A DNA stretch of 64,000 nt from the human T2T-CHM13v2.0 reference genome, Homo sapiens. Below are positions 1 through 11,419 of the stretch, in pieces; within the stretch, counting starts at the first letter, position 1, and every line of letters starts with the position of its first letter. A model generated the notes under the pieces. It did no database searches, was not told the origin of the DNA, and was given only the letters and a program-made list of their open reading frames with translations. Location of the stretch: the NCBI RefSeq assembly GCF_009914755.1, contig NC_060935.1; one strand, 5' to 3'. A program made the position numbers and the translations under genes.

Positions 1-99
1 GGTGCACAATATAAATACATTATTGGCCATTTATAGTTATTAGTAACCCATCAAGATGTATTCTCTTATAATTTAAATCAACTTTAATATAACAACTAA

Positions 100-310
100 C
101 ATTTGCACAGCATTTCAACAGTTACCAAGTCGTATTTTGACTTCTCATATATTTTATTTCACTTCTCATATCTCCTTGAAGTAAGAGTTCTTCATTTTAT
201 TTATTTGTAGTTGAGGAAACAAACAATCCAAAAAAACTCATAATAACTTGCACAAGATCATGTGACCAGGATGTCAAAATCAGACCTTTGACTGTTTCTT
301 CCATTATAAC
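100..310 (-). mobile_element. MIR SINE remnant
   Basis: Degenerate antisense MIR core (ttgtagttgaggaaac...taacttgcacaagatca...cagacctttgact); boundaries approximate. Confidence 0.55.
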
Positions 311-394
311 ATGCTGTTACATATTTGGTATAAGAAATTAAGCTCACATTATAATTTGAGATGATTAATTTGTTGACTGGGTTTACTGATGCCT

Positions 395-485
395 TCATTC
401 ACTCCTTCAACAAATATTTGGTAAGCACTTACCACAAATGTGCTTAGCATTATGCTAGGAGCAATGATACAATGATAAAGATTAT
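395..485 (-). mobile_element. L2 3' end remnant
   Basis: ttcattcactccttcaacaaatatttg...agcacttac...tgctagg, the typical antisense L2 tail. Confidence 0.6.
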
Positions 486-489
486 ATCA

Positions 490-536
490 GCCAGGTGCGG
501 TGGCTCAAGCCTGTAATCCCAGCACTTTGGGAGGCT
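490..536 (+). mobile_element. Alu 5' fragment (3'-truncated)
   Basis: gccaggtgcggtggctcaagcctgtaatcccagcactttgggaggct followed abruptly by non-Alu sequence. Confidence 0.9.
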
Positions 537-709
537 TAAGACAATTTGTTCCAGCTCAAATCCCACCTCATTTCTGCTGCATTTGGCACCCTACCCATAA
601 CAGCATTTACTTAAAACTCACTACACATCCAGAACTACTATAAATGATTTCACAAAAGCTTTTTTAAATTTTAAAATTAAAATGTATTTTATTTGTATAC
701 TATTTGTTT

Positions 710-875
710 CACATTTTACAGATGAGGAAACTAAAGAACAAAATGCTTAAGTAATTTGTAAAAGTTATTGTATCAAATAAAAGCAAAATACCACAAAAAT
801 TTGAAATAACAAAAAGCAAAAGAAGACCACAATCCAGGCAATTTGATTCTTAAATCTCTGCTCTTAATCTTTACA
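710..875 (-). mobile_element. MIR remnant
   Basis: cattttacagatgaggaaactaaag...ttaagtaatttg core. Confidence 0.65.
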
Positions 876-3274
876 TCAGTTTATGTTCTTTTTCTACCTG
901 ATATTGAGTGTTATCTGTCCATTTGTTTGGATTTTGAAAATACTAATCAATTCCTTAATGCAGAAAAATATTTTATTTAAAGTTAAATGAATACCAAATT
1001 GACTTTAGTGTTTCATCAATTTATTTTTATTGGGATTCTTAAATGGGCAGTGACATGATAAGTTAAAAATGTTAGCCAAACACAGTGATTATTTCACCAA
1101 AAAGTTAGGAGCAATTAGGATTTGATCAAATTACATAACCTGTGAATCTGTTTTCTTAAATGAGGAATGAAAGTTCAATACCTGCTCCAGTGGGGACTTA
1201 TGATTCTTGGCTAATCAAAATCCTTTTACTACAATCATATGATTTCAATGTGTCTTGATTTTATGAATCTTAGAATCCTAAGGTAAAATATAAAATAATG
1301 ATGTAACATTAAAGAAATAGAAATAGCATTCAGCTTTCCTTGCAACTAATCTAAGTTCTATTAAACACATGCATTCATACAAGACATTGATTTGAAAATG
1401 AGCTATTGATGGAATATGCATCCATTGTGCTAGCAGAGACAGTGGTGGAGGCAACCTGGTCCTGAGGTCCTCAGCAGAATTTAACTTATTAGTTAGGTCC
1501 CACCAAGCTTGAGTGTTTTCCTGCAGGCTTACCCTTGCCTAAAATTCTGGGAGCCTTCTAAAACTCTTTCATGAATCTGTTCCTGGTACTGCAGATAGAG
1601 TGGATTCTGTAATTTTCAACTCAGATGATCAACACACCTAGTTTTCAAAACAAGCAAGGTATAATATAAAGCACTTACTACAATTGCAGCAAATGAGGGT
1701 TGTTCAGCAAATGGTGGCTCTTGATATCCAAATGTAAATCTCTGCTTCTGTGTTATAACAAATATCTAGCAATCCTGTGTTAGGTAATAACACTGTTTAT
1801 GAATGATTTTAGCCATACTTGAAGTATCCTCTTGATTTTTGTTTTCCCCAGATAATATATAGAGTCCATTTTAGATAGACCTAGAGTTCAATATCTATTT
1901 TTTAAAAATAGCAAATTTTGGAATACTTAATAAATAGGTTTTCAAACTCATTAATGGCTTTAGCCTAGATTGTATTAAATTTTGCACAATTTTTAATGTT
2001 ACAAGTCTCATATACATGTGAAAAATCATTCTTTCTCCAAGAAAGTAAATCATATATAATGATCTTAAAAGCAATGGCATGAATTAAGAGGATTTTGACT
2101 TATTATGACATTGATATTCTAGCTGAAGTTGTCAGAACCAATTGATAAAAAGGCTTCAAAAATATTGATGGCATTGGCATGTGAATATAGTCCTATATGA
2201 CTCAAGTGATTTTTACCTAGAGTTGTCTAAAAGACCTTCATGTATTTAGTTCTTTTTATGAAGCAGTTATGAGTATCTATCTCTTGAAAAATTCCTCTAG
2301 AAACAGCAAAACATTTTTTTTTCAGAAACAGAGTGCTAATTAAGAAAAAAAAAATCACATGAAGAAACCAAGGTTGTCAATTTACATCCACATATCTTAG
2401 AGATGAAAGGTTGCATTAATAGAAACGTCTCTTTTCCCTCAGGAGTTGGGCGATAGATCATACAGCAGACAAAAAACATAGGAAAACTGAGGTCCAGAAA
2501 GCCCCTAATGATGGCAGGGAATCTTTATGTGATTTGTCCTCTGCGAGTGAGGATGGGATGGTTCAAAGGAGAAGTATGTCTTCTCTTCCTCCTCCTCCTC
2601 CTTCTTTTGTTTAGGTTTGTGATTCCAACAATACTTTTATATAAAATAAATAAAAACACATGAAATAGTGTCTAGGATAATTGACATATTTCCTAGATTC
2701 TGCAGATTGGAGAATTATGGAAGAAAATATTAAATAATTGCATAAAATGTTTTCTTAGTTTCTTCCTCAGACTTTTATCATTATTTTTATTGACTAGATA
2801 TGGAAATAAATGAAGTTTCAAAGTGTCGTTCTTTAAAAATAATACAAGGAACTACGCTTGGAAGCTTTAATGGCAAAGCAGTTTTTTAAAAAATATTTAT
2901 TCAATTATTTATTCCATATAAACTATGTGCCATGCAATGTGCTAGGCAGTGAGAGTTGGGGCAAAGAAGACAGGTGTCAAATAAATAAGCATAAATAAAT
3001 AAGCATACAACTTTTTGTGGCATTAAGAACGCTTATTGAAATTGTTCAAAAACTTCAAAATGCTTTCCTGTTTTTCTCCTAAGAATGTCAGTCATAATCA
3101 ATAGGACGATCTCTTCTGTGGTATAATACTTTATTGGTTTTCAATAAGTATCTGCCCATCACTTTGCTCTTCCCTTGTGCTATGCTGCCTACATGAACAT
3201 GTTTGCTGTTGGTGATTCTGGGTTTGTTGTCGTTGTTTTTCTATTTGGTGCTTTTATTATTTTTAGTTTTAGTT

Positions 3275-3600
3275 TTCGTTTTCATTTATTAATTGACATA
3301 ATAATTGTACATAGTAATGTTGTGACACATATAACATATAGTGATCAGATCAGGGTTATTAGCATATCCATCATCTCAAACATTTATCATTTCTTTGTGT
3401 TGGGAAAATTCAATGTCTTTCTAGCTATTTGGAGCTATATATTTTTGTTAGCTATAGTCATTCTACAGTGTTATAGAACACCAGAACTTATTCCTCCTAT
3501 CTATCTGTAATATTGTATCATTCAACAAATTCCTCCCTATATCCTCCACCCCACCTCCACTTCCTCCTACCCTTCCTAGCCTCTAATATCGTTCATTCTA
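3275..3600 (-). mobile_element. L1MA-type LINE-1 3' end
   Basis: tttattaattgacataataattgtacat...gatcagatcagggttattagcatatccatcatctcaaacatttatcatttctttgtgttggga...agaacaccagaacttattcctcctatct. Confidence 0.8.
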
Positions 3601-4617
3601 TTTCACAGATGTAACTGATGATGTTTTGTGCCGCATGATCCCATTTTATTGGAGTGAGGACGTCTTATACAAGGGCAGACCCTTTATGAGATAGCCAAGT
3701 TACTTGTAAATAGGAATTGGGAAACTTGAAGCAAATGGGTAGAAATTGAAATTAAAAGAAAACAAGTCAAGGAAAAGTAAGGACATAAAGAAAATGTATA
3801 AGGTAAGATTATGAGAAAGAAATGATGAAACTTACTGGAAGGGAAAAGAGGGAATGCAAATTCAAAGAGAAACAGAAATGCCATTGGAGAAAGACCATGG
3901 AAATAAGAAGACAGAATGGAAAAACTGCCTCTTCACATCTACCTCAATTCCCAGTGACTTCAGCTACCGTCATTGGGAATCCTCATGATAATTATTCTTC
4001 TAACCGTTGCTTTTAAAGTAGCTTGGAAAATATCGCTGTTCCTTTTAACATGAAGATCATAATGAAATCAGTTCTATAAATTTTCTAGAAATTTTCTCCC
4101 ATATAGAATCTTGTCATTATTCCTACTTATTATATCAAAAAAGAGGCAAATGGAGGCTAGCTGAGGTATAAGATACGTTTAGCAACACAGCAAGAATTAA
4201 AATATTAGCTTCTGTTTCTTGCCAATTCTCCTTTAGGGAGGCATATTTAGTTGAAAGATATGCTTAGAACCATTTTAATGCCTGACAAGAGCTCTTTATC
4301 TTTCTAGTTGTTTGGGTAATGTTACATTAATTCAGAACAACTACAACTTGTTGTCTAAGATAACCCATGGTGTTATTCTAAATAAATAAAAACTCTGCAT
4401 TAGTAATATATGTACTACCTTAGAACTAAACAATAATCCACATTACACTCAGCTACAATCTATTCCCTGAGGGTGTTCTTTATTTGGCATAATGATAACT
4501 ATTTGCAAACAAAGGTAAAAGCTATACTTTCTTTTTTGCAATAATAACCTACTTAATTTTGCTTGCTGAATTAATTATTTGAATGAAGTAAAATTTGTTT
4601 AAATACAGTATTGATGT

Positions 4618-5023
<406 letters not shown>

Positions 5024-6084
5024 TTATTTACTAAATTCATCCATGAATTCATTTTTTTTTCTGGAGTCGCCAATATACTTCAATATGGTATTTGGTGGTG
5101 GTAATACTGAGTTGTCTGAAATAACCAATAAACAATGAAGAGGTTTTCAACATGCAAAAGCCTTAGTGCTTGTCAATTTTGACACTAGAATTTGTTGTGA
5201 ATCTAGGTCTTATTTGATTCATATGTAACGTTAATCCAGTTGAACTTGACGTGATAATAAATCATGTTTGTTGCCTATTTGTTTCTAGTAGGGGCCCTTT
5301 TTATTTCTTAGGAAATGTTTAGAATTTTTTGCATTGTCCTTGGTATTTTTAAACTCAATCAGAATGTATGGCTTGATTTTTGTTCATGTTTCTTAGCATT
5401 TACTGATCATATTTAATATAATATGTAGTCTTCAGTTCAGGGAAAGTTTTTTCTATTATATCTTTAGTAATTTTTTTTCCTTAATTTTAAATTATTGAAA
5501 TATTATTCCATTTTATAATTACTAAAAATATTCTTCCATTGTATAATTCATATCATACAGATGGCAGATGGATCACTTGGACTTCCCTCCATAAAATTAT
5601 GTCTTTATGGGAGAAAACTTTACATTTTCTTCCAGATCACTACATTGGTATTAAACAATGTACATTATATTTTTGTGCATTTTTGCTTTGAAATAAAGAA
5701 TTTTAAAAGTTTAAACTACAGAAGTTTAAACTTCCATTTGTCAGAAACTTTTTCTTGTTTTCTGATTTGTGTGTGTGTATGTGTGTGTGTTGTTATTTTA
5801 CAGATGAAATATCCTGCTGAGTATCTAGTATACCTTCCAATTTATTAGAATTTTTTAAAAAATCATTCTAGTTTCTGAATATTTTAAATATTTTCATTGT
5901 GACAAGTTACTAGATATTTTTATCTTGGGACTTTCATGACATCAGCTTTCCTTAGATATCTTTGATATCTTCTGGCAGTTCATATCCATGAGGATAGGAT
6001 TAACTGTTATTATTTTAGGATGTTAGCGTGAGAACAATCTAATTATACAACCAAAAATACTTTTACACTGATTTACATTTTTAA

Positions 6085-6240
6085 AATTTATTTTTATTTT
6101 AAACTGCTGCATAGTATTTGTACATATGTGTGATGCGCTTATAACATTTTGATACATTCATAGAATGTATAAAGATCAAATCAGAGTATTTAGTATATCC
6201 ATCACCTCAAACACACATTATTTTGTTATTATTGGAAAGT
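6085..6240 (-). mobile_element. L1MA 3' end fragment
   Basis: ttgtacatatgtgtgatg...ttttgatacattcatagaatgtataaagatcaaatcagagtatttagtatatccatcacctcaaa. Confidence 0.65.
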
Positions 6241-6249
6241 TTCATACCT

Positions 6250-6840
6250 TGAATAATTTTTTTCTTCATACTCTTCTACACCAAGCACACCCTACCCCAG
6301 AGCCTTTGGATATTCTCCTTCCCTCATTGGGATGTCTGTAACTGATCCAATAGGTTTCTGCTGAAATTTAATTTATTTGGTGAAAATTTTCTGAACCTTT
6401 ATTCTAAATTAAGTCCCCCCTCTGACTTTTAGGGCACCCTCCACATTTCTCTCGACTCTTCATATTTTAATTGTTTACTCAGTGCAAATCTTCTTTAGTG
6501 GGCCCAGGGTGAGTACTGTTCCAATCTTGTTCATTCTTACATTCTCACAGACTGTTGCATGTTGCTAACACACATATAAGTTCAATAACTGAATAACTTA
6601 GTAAATTATAACCCATCTATATTAGCAACATATACATCAGACAGTGCCAGAAATACAAAGTTATTGCTATTACATAGCAACATCAAATTTAATCTCTAAG
6701 ACTCTCTTATATACCAGAAATCATATTTTTTAAAACTAAGCTTCATGAGACCGTGAATTTTTTTCTCTTATGTTTACTCTATATTCTCAGCACTTAGAAG
6801 AGTGCCTAAGACATAGTATGTATCCAGTGTAATTGTTGAG
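6250..6840 (+). mobile_element. L2 remnants
   Basis: L2 3' motifs (taagcttcatgagacc...ctcagcacttagaagagtgcctaagacatagta...ttgttga); patchy. Confidence 0.5.
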
Positions 6841-7160
6841 AAGGCACTCAGTTGATCTAAAAACACTTTATTTACCAGCACAAATTTTTTGGTACTCATT
6901 TATGCTTTAAAATGACTGGATGCTTATATAGGCTGGTGCCGCTTGTTATCTAACACATAAATATAAAAGAAAAACTCACTTTATGATTGTTAAGGAAGTA
7001 TTTTTTTAGGTTGATTCCTGGTATAAGAGATCATAAAATTGTTTTCAGTGAAGCAAGTTGTCCTATATTTAAATCTTATCAGAAAGGTATCATAATATCA
7101 TAGCCTTAGTCTATCTCATAAATAAAACTAGACAAGACAAAGGAAGAAAGGGAAGTAAAC

Positions 7161-7230
7161 GTGTGTGTGTGTGTGTGTATATATATAATATATATTGTAT
7201 ATATATAATATATATTATATATATATATAA
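7161..7230. repeat. (GT)n-(TA)n compound microsatellite
   Basis: gtgtgtgtgtgtgtgtgtatatatataatatatattgtatatatataatatatattatatatatatat. Confidence 0.9.
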
Positions 7231-8697
7231 AATCCATAACTTTCAACTAACAGTTTCAGTCTTTATAATATTTATATGAAGTTTCTAGTCTGAAAAAATT
7301 CTCCTAACATTTTCATTTTTTACTGATTTTTGGGGGGAGATAGGAAAAAAATTTAGATACAGGGCAATTATAGATAAAATGAAAAATTAACATATAATGT
7401 AAAGAACTTAATTTCCTCTTATGTAAATTCATATTTATGATCACATTAACTGACTTCGTGATCTGATTGTCTCAAATTTAAGAAGTATTTGATGTACATC
7501 TACTTCCAGTGTCTGTTTTTCTTAAAACTGGCAATAACTAAAGTCACTAAAATTTCTTCAGCTTCAGATAACTAGACTCAACTCATCAGAGTTTACACTA
7601 TTCAAAGTCTTATTTTCCCTGGGCATCCAGCATTTCTAAAACAAATGGGGAACTTCTTAGTATAATCATTTTTTTTAAATGAACACTCAATATAATGATA
7701 GGCAAATAAGTTATTAAGGGTAGAAACTCTTTTTATGAAGAAAAAAATTCTTGATTTTTCATATTCCAGTCACTTCAGGAGAGTAAAAACAAACAAAAAA
7801 CACCTTAGATTTATTCCAATCTGTGGCACAAGCATCCAAGGTTCACCCAGCTCTGTGTTGTGCTGTCTAGATTTACAGTTAGCTATTTGACTTCGATTTA
7901 AAGTTCCCTCAGAACAAAATATGGGAAAAAGTCCCTGATGATAAAGTTATTGCAACTTGAACTTCACCTGGAAGGACTTTCTATATTGTGTTTCTGTTGC
8001 TTAATTTTGCCACCATCACTCCTTCCACTCTGAGAAGCTGACAAGCAACTAAGGAAAAGAAAAGGACTGAATAGCTCCATTTATCTTGTGCTACCAGCCC
8101 AGAGTTGCAATGCGATGATAAATGGACACCAGTAAATCTGTTATGGACAAAAAGCACTGGCACATGGGTGTATTTTCTGTTCATCTTAGAACCAAAGACG
8201 AGGTGGAGAAACAACAGTATTGACAACAACAAGACAATCAGATCAGAGAAAACTCTGATCCAAGCCGAGAAATGATAGCCACACAGCTGTCTTTCCCATA
8301 AGGTATGTGGGAAAAGATCATCTTCAACAGTCATTCTTTTAATACATAAAACCTTTTTTTGTTGTGGAAAAAACAGTTAATCTTTAGAGACGGGCTTTGT
8401 ATATCTAAGCTCTAAAACAAATCTTGGTTTGAGGAAATATTAAGCTCTAAATAATATATGCTGTTTACTAATAGTATTTTTAATTCCTTTATGTAGCATA
8501 CATACTATTGAGTGATAGCTCAATAAAACCATAATCTAAATGAGCAGTTTCTGCTAGACTAAATAAATCCATCCTAAAAGAATTTTTATGCCATTGTAAA
8601 ATTTAATGCTGGTTTAGGCTTGTGTTTCAAAATTCAGAAATAAATCCATAATGCCTTATATATTAATTGACCTTAGTCATCACAAGTTATTCAATTA

Positions 8698-9193
8698 CAG
8701 TTGACCTTTGAGCAACACAGGTTTGAACTTCTTGGGTCCATTTAAACGTGGAGTTTTTTTCAACCAAATGTGGTACTCGGTGTTCATAGGATACAATCTG
8801 TGTACACAGAGGGACAATTTTCATATATGTGGATTCTGTAGGGTTGACTGCAGGACTTGCAGATAAGTAGACTCAACTCATTGGAGTTCACTCTTTCCAA
8901 AGATTTCCTTTCCCTTTCCCCCATATCCCACCCACTGAGTTCTGTTAGTTTTATCTCATGAAAACTTTCAAATTTGTGCACTTGTTGCCATCTCTCCCCA
9001 CCCATGTAAGCTGAAGCTCTTACCTGTCTTGCCCAAACTTCTCTAAAGTCTTCTGAATGGTCTTGCACACCTCACATCTTTTTCCACTTAAAACTTGAGT
9101 TGTTTCTTTTAGGAGAAAGACCCTAAATGCACAGATTTTGGCAAACATGGGAGTCCTGCAAAAAAATCCCCTGTGTATAGTGTAGGACAATTG
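8698..9193 (+). mobile_element. MER8-like (TcMar-Tigger) MITE split by a 267-bp insert (8860-9126)
   Basis: 5' part ta|cagttgacctttgagcaacacaggtttgaact...ggttgactgcaggacttg (8698-8859); resumes atgcacagattttggcaaacatgggagtcctg...aggacaattg (9127-9193). Confidence 0.8.
8915..9090 (+). mobile_element. L2 internal fragment lying inside the MER8
   Basis: ccccatatccca...ttctgttagttttatctc...cacttgttgccatctctcccca...tcttgcc...ctgaatggtct follows the order of L2 consensus motifs. Confidence 0.6.
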
Positions 9194-9670
9194 AATTCAA
9201 GATTGAATTCCATCATGAATGAATGCCTATCTAAACATCACACTGTATGTTCCATGATTTCACTCCATTCCTAATCTCCCCTGCTTTAAAATATGGTGTG
9301 CTATTATAATAGGAACTCTCAGAATGACATTAGCAAATTCCTCTATAAAGTCAAGACTCTGAAAGTCCCTTCATTTTTATGGAGAAACTAATACTTCTTC
9401 CCTCTCCCTCCTGCTCCCCACAGAAAAGTACTTCCTTGGAGTTCTCTCAAATAGAAAACAGTTCTGGTCCCACAACTCATCTAATTTAGACTTCAAAATA
9501 GGTATCTATCTTCCTTGCTCCTCATTTCCTATTTCTGACTTTGTACTTCAAATACCTCATAAGGAAATTTCCCCATATCAATTTTTTTGCAAATCATACA
9601 GATTATCTAGGTAGCAAAGCACACATATAAAGAAACACACACATACACACACATTTATAATAAAATTAGA

Positions 9671-10031
9671 TTCTATGGTCTGAATGTTTTTGTTTCTCCA
9701 AAATTCATATATTGAAGTCTAACCCCCAATGTGAGATTGGAGGTGGGACTTTTGGGAGGTGATTAGGTCATGAGGGTAAAGTCCACATGAAGGGGTATAG
9801 TGCCCTTATAAGAGAGGCCTCAGAGAGAGCCCTCACAGTTTCCATCATGTGAGATTATAGCAAAAACACCACTGACTATGAATCAGGATGGGACCTCTCA
9901 CTAGACATGGAATCCGTCCATACCTTGATTTTGGACTTCCCAACCTCCAGAGCTATGCAAAATAAATTTATGTTGTTTAAAAGCCACCTAGTCTATAGTA
10001 ATTCATTATAACAGCTGGAATGCACTAAGAC
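9671..10031 (+). mobile_element. MLT1A-type MaLR solo LTR
   Basis: ttctatggtctgaatgtttttgtttctccaaaattcatatattgaa...ttggacttcccaacctccagag...aataaattt...ctaagac. Confidence 0.85.
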
Positions 10032-10179
10032 CCTAAGTGAGAGGGTATCCTCACAAAACCCAAATTATAAACTGATGGGTATAAACCCTAAGAGCTGGGA
10101 TACCTGCATATTATCAACATCATTTTGGCAAGAAGCAGAGAGGAAAATACTGTATCTGATTTACCCGATAAAAGAAAAA

Positions 10180-10715
10180 CATCTCTCATGTTCATCAATG
10201 GATAAAAAATGTGTTATATATACATAATGGAATACTATTCAGCCATAAAAATAAAGAAAATCCTGTCATATGTGAAAATATAGATGAACCTGGAGGATGT
10301 TATGTTGAATGAAATATGCCAGGCACAGAAAGACAAATACCACACAATACCACTTATATATGGAATCAAAAATAGTTGATCTCATAAAAGCAGAAAGTAG
10401 AATGGTAGTTACCAGGGACTGGGTGCTTGAGGGAGATTAGGAGGATGTTAGTCAAAGGATATAAAATTTCAGTTAGATGGGAGAGGTAAATTCATGAGAT
10501 CTATTGTTCAACATGATGATAATAGTTTGCAATATACTGTATTCTTGAATAATGCTAAGGGAGTAGATATTAAGTGTTCTCACAAAATGATAACTATGTG
10601 AGGTAATGCCTATGCTAATTTGCAAGATTTAGTCATTCCACATTGCATGTATGTTTCAAAGTAACATGCTGTGTGTGATAAATACGTACAATTTTATCTG
10701 TCAATTAATAAAAAA
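10180..10715 (+). mobile_element. L1MA 3' end
   Basis: aatggaatactattcagccataaaa...gatgaacctggaggatgttatg...gaaatatgccaggcacagaaagacaaatac...attttatctgtcaattaataaaaaa. Confidence 0.85.
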
Positions 10716-10717
10716 CT

Positions 10718-11100
10718 ATGAAGAGTCTGAGATTTTACTTGCAAGCTAACATGTTACCATATTGACATTTTTCATGGAGGCTGGAAATAGACATGACATT
10801 GCTGGGTTAGACAAAGGGGACATAAAATCGACATATTGCTTTATTTCTTTTTGCCCCCCACCCCTTTCAGCAGGATGGTGCCTGCACATGGTGAGTTGCA
10901 TTATAGGGAAAACCTGTGATCAATGAAAACTTGCATTTCTTATGATGGGCAGAAAACATGCTTGTTTTTTGCTCCTTAGGGAGGCACCTATATCTGTCTT
11001 CCAAGACTGTTTACTCTATATAGGCTTTTGAAAAGAGTCTGAAAAAGAGAACATTCAGTGTGTGCAGAATTGCGAGATACTCATAGAATATTTTCTAACA
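10718..11100 (-). mobile_element. ERV1-class LTR remnant (MER34-like)
   Basis: tgaagagtctgagattttacttgcaagctaac...ttcatggaggctgg...gacatgacattgctgggttagacaaagg; family recalled, uncertain. Confidence 0.45.
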
Positions 11101-11419
11101 TACTAAAATGTTCAGAGTAAAAAAAATACCTAAAATCAGCACTAATTAAATTTATTTTCAAACTTCTCCATAGAATCATTAGATGTTATAAGACCATGGA
11201 ATTATGGAGTAAATTAGATACTAAGATATCAAGGAAAAAGTGCTTTAAACACATAATGTCATGGTCATTTTAGAGACTTACTGATGCAAAATCAACATAA
11301 GAGAAAACGAACAAATGTTAAGTAAATAATTAAGTAATTTTTGGCATATGTAAACATCCTCAAAATAATCACCACCATTCATGTTGTGAAAATGTCAATC
11401 ATTTCAAAAAAGTTTTATC

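Noticed and set aside
500-512. ggctcaagcc variant typical of monkey Alu subfamilies
   Set aside because: Single base in one fragment; other Alus and the L1PA look hominoid, so not used to reassign species.
7981-8334. 117-aa minus-strand ORF with a hydrophobic stretch
   Set aside because: No recognisable domain; hydrophobicity follows from T-rich codons; no supporting gene structure.
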